DNA from: Vicugna vicugna
Taxonomy: Eukaryota
Direction: 5' to 3'
DNA: 64,000 nt
NCBI GenBank assembly: GCA_013265495.1
Contig: MU058636.1
Location: forward strand, 4,871,741 to 4,935,740
Both the position numbers and the translations under genes were made by a program. Below the pieces are notes generated by a model. The model had not been told where the DNA came from. It made no database searches and worked only from the letters and a program-made list of their open reading frames with translations. Below are positions 28,210 to 39,799 of the stretch, in pieces. Each line of letters begins with the position of its first letter. Position 1 is the first letter of the stretch.

Positions 28210-29160
28210 TTTTTACTCAAAAATATCCTCATGAAATTCCTCATTCTGAAAACTGACAATTAAAAAGAAAAGCATTTATCCTGTTTTTCTTGTACATATT
28301 GTACCTTAGGGTAACCCTAGTTGCTAGTTCTAGGTGAGAGGAAGTTCTTCCTTACAGAAGAATTCTAGCTACTAAACACAGAAGAAATGATAAACCTAGA
28401 AAATCATCATTCTGTAACCCTTAATGAAATAACTGATTCAGGAAACAATTCATCTTTGAATAAAACAGGAAGTAGGCCGTCCCTCTGAAGCTAATCAATC
28501 TGAACATCACTAAAAATGGACAACCAAACATTTATTTACACACACACACACACACACAAAATGGTTGAACCTAATAAATCCTCCAGTCTACAGGTTAAAA
28601 TGGTTACCACAAGGAAGCAAATAGACTACTACAGGATATGAGACACGATAGAATAACCAACCAAGCTTCTGCAACAAGCTAAAGGTATGGGGGCAAAAAC
28701 AGAAGAAACAACTGTAGATTAACTTAAATAAAAGAATCATAAAGCAAAACATGAAATGTACTGCAAGGACCTTGTCCGATCTTGATTCAAACAAAACAAT
28801 TGTAAAGAAATACTTAAGACAATAGGGGAAATTTGATTACAGACTATATTACATGATGTCAAGGAACTGGGATTTTGTTTTCCTTTTTTTTTTTTTTGGT
28901 ATGATGATGGCACTGCAATTAAATAAAGTGTAATTAAGTAAGGAGGTTAATTTGAAATGCATAAAGCAATGTCTAGAATTTGCTTTAAAAAATACTTCAA
29001 AAAAAACTTCAGCAAATTAAAAGAGGTGAGGAAGAGAAAGCAAAAGGGATAAAGCCAATATAACAATATCTTAATAAGTGATAATAATTCTGATTGATGG
29101 GTGTGTGGGATTCATTGTAATCTCTCTACTCCAGGTTTAAGTAATTTGTCTCATCATCAA
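28210..29160 (+). mobile_element. Old L1 (L1MC4/5-like) fragment containing (CA)n
   Basis: ctgaaaactgacaattaaaaagaaaagcatttatcctg...gtaccttagggtaacc...gacaataggggaaatttg. Confidence 0.6.
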
Positions 29161-29231
29161 CACATTCTTAATCTGTTTAAAAAGAAATGAGGTTGTAGTA
29201 TAAGCATTTACTTACATAGTTCTAGGTCAAC

Positions 29232-29425
29232 AGTTTTCAATACTGATTGTAACATTAGAATATCTGGGTAACTTAAAAACAAAACAAAACAAAACAAAAA
29301 AAAAACAATATTTCGATCCACTCCAGACCAACTAAACCAGAATCTCTAAGGCTAAGACTCAGGCCTAAGTTTTTTTAAAAGGTCCCTAAGTGATTCAAAT
29401 ACGCAGCCAAGCTTAAGAACTACTA
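29232..29425. mobile_element. MER5A/B (hAT-Charlie) element
   Basis: ccactccagaccaactaaaccagaatctct...gtgattcaaatacgcagccaagcttaagaactact. Confidence 0.7.
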
Positions 29426-29922
29426 TTCCAAAATGAAAAAAAGTTGACTCACGTTCCTTTAAAAAAATGTATTAAGTATTTTTTTTATAGAGTAGTATCA
29501 ATGAAAAAACTTTTAGTATTCCTGGGCATTACATTAAGCCTTAGAAAACATTAACATTACTCTTAGGGAAATAACTTTTGGGAATACATAACAGTATCAG
29601 AGTTCTCTGAATTTGTTCACTAGGTATAAAATAACAAACTGTAAAATAACTATCAAAACACCCTACATCTCTGTTGTACAAGCTTATATATGCCACTTAT
29701 TTACAAAACATTCTACCTTCATTCTCTGGTTTTCACAACAACCTCAATCAGGTTGGGCAGTATAATTTTCATCATTTCTAATAGATGAAAAATTGGGTCT
29801 CAAAGCTGTTTCAATGGCTTGTCAAAGCAATCCAGCTGGTAAAAGTCAAGTTGAGAATAAAAATTCAGCTCTTCTGACTTTAGCCAAATATTCTATCCCA
29901 GAAGACTTGGCCCAAAACAAAC

Positions 29923-30047
29923 CTCTGTTCTGGTTCCAGTCATGGGCATCACCAAGTTGATTAACATTATACCTGTACCCATCTTGATGGTGAAAATAGT
30001 CATCAGTGCTGAACACAATGCCATCACGACTCTGACCAAGTAGAATT
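29923..30047 (-). CDS. N4BP2L2: N4BP2L2 exon 3, 125 nt (ILLGQSRDGIVFSTDDYF...AHDWNQNR)
   Basis: Acceptor ttttattaacag|A completes CG+A=Arg. Donor AGAG|gtttgt. The translation continues the P-loop kinase-like domain. Confidence 0.95.
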
Positions 30048-30984
30048 CTGTTAATAAAAGAAATCATAAAGGTACCATTTATAAAATCTATAACCATTAG
30101 AAATAAGCCACACAGGAAAGGTTATTATATGAATTTCTGGTACATACCTATAAGTGTATTACAGATAGAACAGCACAGGAGCTGAACCTTAAAAAGCTTT
30201 CAGATTGCAAGTATCACTTCACACTTAAATCTACATAAATTATAGTCAGTAACAGAAACTTTTTAAAGCAGCTTTTGTATTGCAACTTTTAAAAACACTC
30301 GTTAACCTCAAAGTTATGTTAACTATTATTCATGTTTCAACGTTAGTGAATTTGTATTTGGTGTCTAAAATCGCCTAAATATAGTGCAACAGGTAACCTA
30401 ACAGACAAGTAAGCCTAAGTAAGCAATTTACCTGGGGAAAACTTTATTAGACTCACGATAGGGTTAATAAACTCATTTCTGTGAAGCCCAAACATGTATG
30501 ACCTGAAAACAGAAGTCAGAAATAGCCTGAGGCTTAAGATTGCGAAACAAGCTGTAATCCTCCAGAGTATAACCAAATTTAAAATTTTTAAGGCATTAAA
30601 TTACTAAATGAAATTAATTATTAAACACTAAATAAAGAACACAATCTCAGAACAAGTCAGTGGTAATCAAGCTTTGTAATCAAGATGATACCACCTTTAA
30701 TCTCTAAGCAGAGAGAGACTGACAAGTGTTCAGCGTCAGAGAAGTTCCACAACCACTGTTTCATAAAAGGTGTGGTGTGCTGAGAAAAGGGAAAAGATAG
30801 TAAAAATAATTTGGATCCAAAAATAACAAAAATATTTTCTGTCCCCTCTCTCAACAATTAGGCAACTGGATTTCATTCTGTAATTTCTTTTTGAGAGAGG
30901 GAAGGAAGTAGAAAGTGGTAGAAGGAATGATATTGTCCAGCAATAATTCAAGAATACTTCCTAATAAAAAGTATTAGTAAGTCA

Positions 30985-31109
30985 GGGAGGGTATAGCTCA
31001 GTGGTAGTGTGTGTGCTGAGCATGCAGGAGGTCCTGGGTTCAATCCCCAATATCTCCATTAAAAATAAAGTAAAAAGCAAATAAATCTAATCCCCTCCTC
31101 CAAAAAAAA
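30985..31109 (+). mobile_element. tRNA-derived SINE (camelid Vic-1-like)
   Basis: GGGAGGGTATAGCTCAGTGGTAG (A box) ... GGTCCTGGGTTCAATCCCC (B box), then an AT-rich linker and A tail. Confidence 0.85.
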
Positions 31110-32329
31110 GGAATAGGAAGGATTACAACTATTAAGATAATAAACATCTCTCTCCTTTCTCATCAGCTTACAATAGAATTGTATATACCTTAGAATAAAA
31201 ATAAAATCTCATAGGTAAAAATTAAATATTTTTAATATACATTTCCACTTACAGAATTATAGTTCAAATTACTTCAAACAAATCAAATTAAAGTAAATGG
31301 TTTATATTATTCGTATGCTTGTTTGGGAGGCTACAGTTGGACTTTCCATGCAGCCATAATCTTGCCAAAATATACCATCTAACACATTTGGCATCTTATT
31401 TCCTTATACAGATTACCTAGAATATAAAAGTGCCACAATATTAGCATTCCACCAAAGCTCAATTACCTAAAAAGATTATCATCATCAACTGTATGATATC
31501 TAGCCATATTCAACAGTGTCAGAAAACTGGTACCATCTCTCCTAGATACTACATATGTTTCATTTGTTTTCTGTTCTATTACTTTTATTAGCAAGTGATA
31601 ATTCAGATGTTAATAACACCATACTACAAGAGTACAGTAGTGTTTGTATCCAAGAAATGTTTAACTTCTCCCAAATAAAAAAAAGTGTGGGGGGAGTACA
31701 CATCAATTTATATCATTAAATAAACTAAGTCAACATCAAACATGAGTACACTTCAATAAAGAACATTAAATATAAATCATAGTTAACAGTAAATAATTCT
31801 AGCTTGGAGAGGCTTTTTCCTCCCAGACTGCTCATGCAACTTTTCAAAATTCCCTGAATTATCTTAAACTATGAAGCTTTATTTTGGTGACTTGTATTTT
31901 AAAAAACCTGTATCAATCTAGATATATCTGATGTCATACCAACCACTTGAACCAAAAATAAATTATTTAAGAATATCAGTATTTTCAAAATTCTTAGTCA
32001 GATTCTATCAGAATTTTCACAAGTCAGATACTAAAATGAATTCTCAGGATGACAAAATTCAGAGCTCTGAAAAATCAAGAATCTAATAAAAAAAATTCAG
32101 ATGTGGTCCCACTGGCCACTTGATTGTATTTCTTCAAAATAGCTACCTTTTTGAGAATCTCCTATGTGCCAAGTATTTTATTTATATATATATGTGTATA
32201 TATATATATATATAATAAAAATATATCTATTATAGCATTTAATTCTCACCACCTTACCAATGTTGTATTAGACAAATCCAGAAAAGAAAATAATTTCAGA
32301 AATCAAGCCACCAGCTACAGAAACAGTAG

Positions 32330-32825
32330 TGGCTTAAAAAGGTTTACAGCGATCTCTGCCTCCTGGTATTCACACTCTTGTATAATCCCCTCTCCTTGAA
32401 TGTGGATTAGAGTCAATGACTAGCTTCTAATAGACTATGGAATGCCATTTCCAAGATCAGATTCTAGGGGGGAAAAGTGACTTGCTTTCTCTCTTCACAT
32501 TGCGAATGGAAAGAGACCCAAGTAGCAAAGAACCGAGGGAGGTCTCCAAGCCCACAGAGAGGAACTGAGGCCCACAATCCAACAGCTGACAAAGAATTGA
32601 GTCTTGTCCGCAACCCCGTGAGAGACATTCCAAGCAGATCCTTCCCAAGACAAGCCTTCAGACCAGAACACAGCCCTAAGGAAAATCCTGCTTATAGCAC
32701 TGTTAGAGACCTTGAACCAGAGGTACCCACGTTCCTGTCCTTCAAAACTATGAAACAATAAATGTCTGTTCCTTAAACAACTCAGCTTTAGGGTAAAAGG
32801 GTAATAGAGCCACAGATACCTCACG
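32330..32825 (+). mobile_element. MLT1E/F-like MaLR solo LTR
   Basis: cctcctggtattcacactcttgtataatcccctctccttgaatgtgg...gaggaactgaggccc...aacaataaatgtctgtt. Confidence 0.75.
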
Positions 32826-33254
32826 CACTGTGTGCTTAAAATCTTTCACTTAAGTAAGGAACAAGTGAATTGTGTTCCTTAAATCTCATTCTGAGAAACC
32901 TATTCCCCAAAATGGCCTATTATGAGTTAGTTTTCATGGTTTATTTTTAAAATTTCTACAAGCCATACATTTTCTTTAATACATCCACATGCATTTATAA
33001 ACAGAAGTGATTTGCTCAAAAAATACTGAGTAAAACTGACACTTCACAAACCTTTTACCTCCTATGTACTGAGTGGCCCTGTATACTCCTAGCCCAAGTC
33101 CACTTCACTGGGACACTTCACTCTCCAAACACTCCCTGAATTAAGAATAAAGCCGTACATAAGAAAAGGTCAATCTTTCTGCTGAAGTTTAAACTGAGAG
33201 CTGTTCCAAAAGCAGGGAGGAAAAAAAAAGTCTCCTCCCATCTCTCTTTAAACT

Positions 33255-33520
33255 GTAGCTTTCTATGGTTGTTGTAACAAATTTCATAAATTTGGTGGCT
33301 TAAAGCAAACCAAATTTATTATCTTCCAGTTCTGAAGGTCAAAGGTCTGAAATCAGTTTCACTGGGTTAAAATCAGGTGGTGGGCAGGTTGGCATTTCTT
33401 CTGGAGGCTCTGAAGGAGAATCTATTTCCTTGCCTTGTCCAGCTTCTAAAGGCCATCTACGTTATCTTGGCTTATGGTTCCTTCCTCAATCTTCAAAGCC
33501 AGCAGTGTAGTATTTCTTTG
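33255..33520 (-). mobile_element. MLT1 LTR fragment
   Basis: gtaacaaatttcataaatttggtggcttaaagcaa...ttctggaggctctgaaggagaatctatttccttgcctt. Confidence 0.75.
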
Positions 33521-36253
33521 ACAAGTGTTTCAACTATCTTTTACCCTGATCAACTCCAGACATTTTGCTAATATAATGAAATTAGTGCCTTGTTTCTGAA
33601 AATACAATCTCTCACTGGTGAAATCAATAGCATATAAGAAATGTGAATTAGCTAAAATATTTTAGATTCACTCCTCCTCCTGCAAGAGGGTATAAGAATT
33701 TAGCAAAATCTATATAGCCCACACCCCTAGGAATAACACCCAAGACTTGACCCCTAGTGTCCAACCTGAGTCAGAGGATTCTGTTTGGCTAAGTGCCAAC
33801 TACAATGGAAACAAAATTCTGCCTCTAGAATATCGTTGGATTCTGCCTCGAATGGACCTTTCATCAAGTGCCATCAGTTTGCCAAGAGGACAAAGAGCTG
33901 GTACTTTATCACACCTACAAAGATTGTATGAACTGTTTTACACTAGGTTACTCATAAATATTTAAAGTCTGTACTTGTGTTAGAATTTAATCTAAGACTG
34001 ATTTCATTAAAACCTGTTAGTGAAGTTGTGGGTAAACAACTGAGCCTCACCCACTCAAAACCAAACTGGCTTAGGTCAGTTATCAATAAATAAAAAGATA
34101 ATGCTGTCTTGTGTAGCTTATGCTACACGAAGAGAGTGGTAAAGGCAAATACTACATGAGTTCAAAACGAGAATTACTGAGGGCTGAGATGAGAAACTCA
34201 AACCTCAAAAGTAGAGGCATTTAAGAGTACCTTTGAATAAGGAGAATCCTGAGAACAATGAACCAACAAGTAGTATGTCTCCTGCAGTAAAGGGTAGATA
34301 CTAGTGTGGAAGGATATGAAAATAGTGAGGTAAGTAAGGACTAAATTAAGGAAGAAGGGGACCTGAATACTATCCCAAAGGAATCTGAAATTTATCTAAC
34401 CCCCTATAAACCATCACTACTTATCAATAGTAAATAATCCTACCTTTTAATTTAGTGCCCCAAATCAGCTCAACTCTGATCCTCCAAATCTTTATTCCTT
34501 TCTTCAAAGCTCATTTTGAAAGCTAAATCCTATATGAAGTCATTCCTCACTTGAGTATATGTGGCTTTATATCCAATCCCAAACAATCATTCCTACTTCA
34601 AAGAAGTGTTGAGCTAATGAGATACTCCTTCTTTAACAAAGCTTCTCAAAGTCAGGAGTCAGGTATAGGGCTACACATGTGACAGACACTAAAGTGAAGG
34701 ATTAGGTAAGGAACACATTATTATTTCTATCTCTAGTTTGATCTCTTACCAGTTTTTGTAACTTCTCTCAAGTCCTTTAACATTTGTATTAGCCTCTGCT
34801 CCTTCTAAAAAATGAAAAGACTAACTCACCTAACAAGATTATTACATAATAAAGTACTCTACAAATTGTAAATCATAACACAAATGGTAGTTGCAACTAT
34901 AACTTCCATTCTATTAGACCTAATTCTTCAAATTAAAAAAGTACATATATGTAATTACTTTGTCATCTCCCTCTACAATTATGTCTTCTCAAAATTCTAC
35001 TCAATTACCATTTACTTTATTCACTTTCAGTTTCAAACATATTACAATATGTTGTTCTAAACCTAACTTATCTTTCTTACCTTTTTTCTATACCTGCTTT
35101 TAGTCAAGAGGCCTTAGCTAGGAGATTCTCTTCAACCAATTTCCAAATTTCAACTATTTTTTTCTCTGATATTATATTCTAAACCTAGCAGAATGCCCAT
35201 GTTTGTAAAACAACTTCATTTTTAATTTCTATCTATTCTAAAGAGTTGAAATTTCATCTTCTCTACAAAAATTTTCACTAAAAGGGAACCAAAATGCATA
35301 GACCTAAATTTAAATTCATTTACAAAGATGTACCTTGAAATGTCGTCATCATAATTTAATCTTTCTCTAATTTCTTGCTTCTGAAGAAATTTTGATTAGG
35401 TTGTTTAGATTGTCTTGCAAGTAAAAACATGTACAAAATGGTTCCTTGGACTTTTTTATCCTCACCCAAAGACATCAAACAAGTTTTCTTTTTCTCCTTA
35501 TCTAGCCTAAATCTTGAATATCCTACATAAACTACAAAATATTTGTATTATTTTTCTTTGTATGACTTTTCAAAACTACACAAATGTATTTAAGTGCATC
35601 AGTATTTTTTTCAACTGTAAACAAAAAGAGTAATTTGAAACATTTCACCACATGATAAAACATCACCAGTTCTAACTCTATTAATTCAGATACTGCTCAC
35701 TTCAAACTCCTTATAAAGAAACCAAAAAAAAGATTTCTCCTGCCAATCAACAGCATGAACATGGACGGCACAGGTCTAAAAACACGCTCAAAATTCCTTT
35801 CCTTCAGTTATCTCATTTGCTTCTTACAGTAATTCCAGAGAAGTATTACTCATTTTATTAACACAGAACAAAACCTGTCCAAGATCACAAAGTGAAATAA
35901 TCTGCGTCAAAGCCCAAGTCTCCTACTCCTGAATCCAACTCTTGATTAACTGACTTAAAAGGGAAGGCCAGCACAGTTCTCAAATAGCATTGGCTTTTCT
36001 CACTGTCATAATTACACATGGTGAATCTATTTTTAAAGTCCTTAGCAGAATCTTAACATAAATATGTATATGCCAAGTCCTTTCCTCTATGGGAAAATAT
36101 CTTTTTAAATAATTTACTGTCAGATGTCACTCTCAAGTATAACAAATTAAAGATTTTCCACTAGAAACATAAAAGCATTTCCCATTGATTACAACTATCA
36201 TTTATGACTAAGTAATGAATTAACCAAGTATTTACTTAATACCCTTTACTTAC

Positions 36254-37497
36254 CGAGACAATGTTGTTTTCCCAGAACCAGGTAGGCCTCTTAAGAGAAT
36301 AAGTAACTTCTGCAATTTATTTAACTTTTCCTCTTGAAACTGCGGATTCATAAACTTGTCTGTTCCATTATGCTTGTCCATAGAAGGATCTTTCCAGCAT
36401 CCTTCACTGGTTTCACAGAAACCATTACTCGCATATCCACCTTGCACACTGTAGCCATTTCTAGAAGGATGATCACTACTGGTAATGTCACTACAGTCAG
36501 TATATTCATTGTTCTGATCAAAAGTCAAACAATTCCAGTTAACATGACAATTATTTACATAATATCCATTTTGTAGCTGAAAACCATCTTGGGCATGGAA
36601 AATACTTGATGGTGGATTTGGTGGAACACTGAATCTTTGAATATTAAAACTAGGAAGAAGAGGGTCTTGGGGTACTATAAAAGAATGCATTGATTGCCAT
36701 TCAGGCCTGAAGGAAGTAAACGAATTGTCACAAAATGTAGGTATTACGTGTCCATCACAAGGATATTCGTCTGGTTCATTCCCCAGGTACTGTTGATAAC
36801 CACAATGTGACTGAAGGACATTACTAAACTCTTTTTCCTTTTCTTCTTCAGATTTTAGCACATCATTATTACTGCTCTGATAATATGAAATAAGCTGTCC
36901 CTCAGAGGGTTCAGGTTCCTTACCACTGACTTTTGAATCATCTTTTTTATTTTCAAGCTCTTCAATTTCTTTGTAAAACTGGAATAATTCACTGTCAATT
37001 TCTGATTTTTTCTGTTTCTTTTCTTGTCCTGCTTTGCCATCTATACCATTGATAGTGTCTGCTTGTGTCCTCCTTGCGTTACATTTTTTTTTCTCAGGGG
37101 GTTTGTAAATGGGTCCTATAAATGCTTTACTTGTGCTATATATCTCGTTATCCGTGGATACCAATGGAGGGTGTCTGGCCTGTAAAACTTGTGAATCAAC
37201 AGAATCAATAATATCCGGAACATCCGGTCTATTACCAGGCATCTCATCATGCACAGGTTTCAGCAAATCTGTAGTTTTGGTTTTGTCTTCCTGAGGATAA
37301 CTATGTCCTCTGACATCAATGATGGTCACAGGCACCCAATCATTTCCAGTTTTTTCCCGGATTCTGTGAAAATTAGCACTACCATGATAGGGGAAAACAT
37401 GTGCCTCTTCAGCAGACTTCAGTTTCTTACAGCATGGTTCACTTGTTAGTTCTTCCCCATGTCCCATGGATTTAGCTTCAATTTCACTATGAGGCAT
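36254..37497 (-). CDS. N4BP2L2: N4BP2L2 (NEDD4-binding protein 2-like 2 / PFAAP5) coding exon 1 (gene exon 2), 1244 nt
   Basis: ORF MPHSEIEAKS...LLILLRGLPGSGKTTLSR resembles the N4BP2L2 N-terminus and ends in a Walker A motif (GLPGSGKT, 36265-36288). Acceptor ctccttag|ATG makes the ATG the first exon bases. Donor TCTCG|gtaagt is phase 2. Confidence 0.96.
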
Positions 37498-38856
37498 CTA
37501 AGGAGCAAATTCATAAAATAAATAGCTAATATTTTAAAAATCTAAACAAAAGTTTCTTTAGAAACAACAGCAAAATATTTGTTATATAAGCATTTCATAA
37601 CATTTTCCCAAAATACAAAAATTATAAAATTGTAACTTTGTAACTACCATGTAAGTATTGTTAAGACATGACTTACGGGAGGGGTTGCACCGAGATAAAT
37701 AAACATTCTTTTTTTAAAAAAAAAAGTTACATCTCACATTTAATCTAAGTGATGCATTTCTGAATTCAGAAAACTTAAACAAGAATTTAAGCAAGCTTGG
37801 AAAGCTGAATCAATAATATATATTTTGATAATACAGACATACAATGGTGTACTAAAAAGGAGAGTAAATGTGCCAACCAAAGTGACACATACCCAAACTG
37901 GTTGTGATAAACTGCACCATAAACGTCTTCCTGTTTAAAACCATTAAGTCCTTAGGAGTAAACAGATCCAGCTGCCAAACCTCGAACAACCTTATCTCCT
38001 TGGCAATCAAACGTCAGACTAAAATGTCAGTCTTTATGGGCCCTGTTCCTATGAGCAGGGTAAAGGGGTTTTCAAATAGGTGTACTGCTTTAATTTTAAA
38101 GAAAATGATGTAATAACTTCAGTTGTACTGAGAACGACGCAAATACGTCATGTTTAAGGAAAAAACCTGGCAACTCCCAAAATCAAAGCCCTCATCTTTC
38201 TCAAATGGTTGGTCTTTCGAGAAAATAAATTCTACTTCCCCTGAATTTTCTTGAGGACCCTCCAGAGTACAATTCAAAATCCAAATATTGTTTTATTCAA
38301 TACTTCTTCATTCCGCCCGCTCTCTGGTCTTCCTCTCTCTAACACAAGAGAAAAGAGAAAGGGCAAAGAGACGTACTAGAATGATACAGGTAGGCCCTAG
38401 ACAGACAGGAACAAGATACACCTGTAAAAAACGCCGTCATCCCGGAAGCAGCCCCCCTCCCAAGCCGCCTCTCAGCTTCTCATTTCCTCATTAGGAAGAG
38501 TAGAAAAGTCCCAAGGAAGAACAAGAAAGTTGCGTTAACAGAGAGGCCTATACATAACCCAAACCCTAAGGCCGCCTGACCTCCAAAGAGGGCAGCCCGG
38601 CCAAAAGTGCGTCACCCAGTTTCTACGTCCCAACGAGGACATGTTTAAGTTCCGTCTAGGAATTTAAGTGAGTTCCGACCTGAAAGGTTCACTCCCGCCT
38701 TCTACATGTACCACTAACCTAAAGAGTTCAGCCAAGCGCCAGCGAGAACCCAAGTCGCTAATGGAAGGAGGAAACCGAAAAACGTCACCACAACCCCACC
38801 TCACTTAAAATGTCGTGTTTACTCACCTTACACCACAGTTCCGCATTGACTTTTAC

Positions 38857-39030
38857 CTCCCAAGAGAACCTTCTTCTAGAAAGACACGAACATCTGAGAA
38901 GGTGAAAGAAGCGCGGAGACACGAGCGAAAGCAGACACGCGGGAGAGACTCAAAATACAGCCCTCAGAATCTGAGCAACAAGCCGCACCTCCGTACGCAA
39001 GATGGCGGCCACCTCGTAGTTACCCCGGCA
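38857..39030 (-). other. N4BP2L2: N4BP2L2 non-coding exon 1 (5' end approximate)
   Basis: CpG-rich segment with YY1 motif GCCGCCATCTT (38999-39009) and donor GAG|gtaaaa at 38857/38856. Further donors lie at 38831 and 38826. Confidence 0.7.
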
Positions 39031-39260
39031 GAAGTTACGGGTTCGCGCCAGGCATTGTGGGAATTGCAGTCCGGCGTTCACACCAGGCCTAGAAACCCCA
39101 GCGCCTCCCAGAACCCACTGCTTGACAAACGGGCTAACGGCAACAAACGAAGACCGGAAATAGTTTTTAGTTCGAACCGGAACTAGTTCTTAGTTCTGAA
39201 GTAGTTTGGAAATAGAAACTTCGGCTGAAAAAGGTGGTGACGTAGCCCGAGTTTCGCCCC
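38990..39260 (-). promoter_or_regulatory. N4BP2L2 promoter: YY1, ZNF143/SBS, ETS and CRE-half motifs
   Basis: AAGATGGCGGC at 38999-39009. GGACTGCAATTCCCACAATGCC on the minus strand at 39051-39072 is of the ACTACAnnTCCCA class. ACCGGAA occurs at about 39153 and 39176, and TGACGT at 39238-39243. Local CpG enrichment. Confidence 0.75.
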
Positions 39261-39799
39261 TAAAGGAAAAAAAAGACTGTGAGTGCCTGGCACCTCAAAC
39301 AGAGACATAAGTTGCTCTCGGTGCATGCTTTAAAGTCTTTTTAGGAGACAAAGGTTTTTCAAAGGGGGCTTAACGTTTGGTCTCGGCTTTTCAACGAAAA
39401 ACGAGTAATTGTAGCCTCATTTTTCTATCGAAGAAGAGTAACTGCAGGAGAGCCTTGATAACAGATGAAAGTACTTACGAGAAAATCACTTCATGACATA
39501 TTTGTATTGTGTTTTGTTAAGGGAAATAAAGACCATTTCTTGAAGTTTCTCATTTACAAAATTAATTTGTGAAAAGCGCTTAGAACAGCGCCTGGTAAAA
39601 ATAAGCGTTGGGTAAGTGTTAAATTAGATATGAATACAAACAGAAAAAGTGGCAATCCTCAGCTCAGGGTCCCTTCTTTTTTCCCCCCACCCTCTTTAGA
39701 CCCTCTCTCTCACCTGCATTCTTCCTGTCTCAGAAAGGAAAACTGCTAATCTCTTCATATGTATTTAAATAAATTCGTTGCGATAGCGTTTTAATTAAT

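Noticed and set aside
30985..31057. tRNA-like sequence with A and B boxes
   Set aside because: No proper acceptor stem, an A-rich tail follows, and a second diverged copy exists. This is a SINE head, not a tRNA gene.
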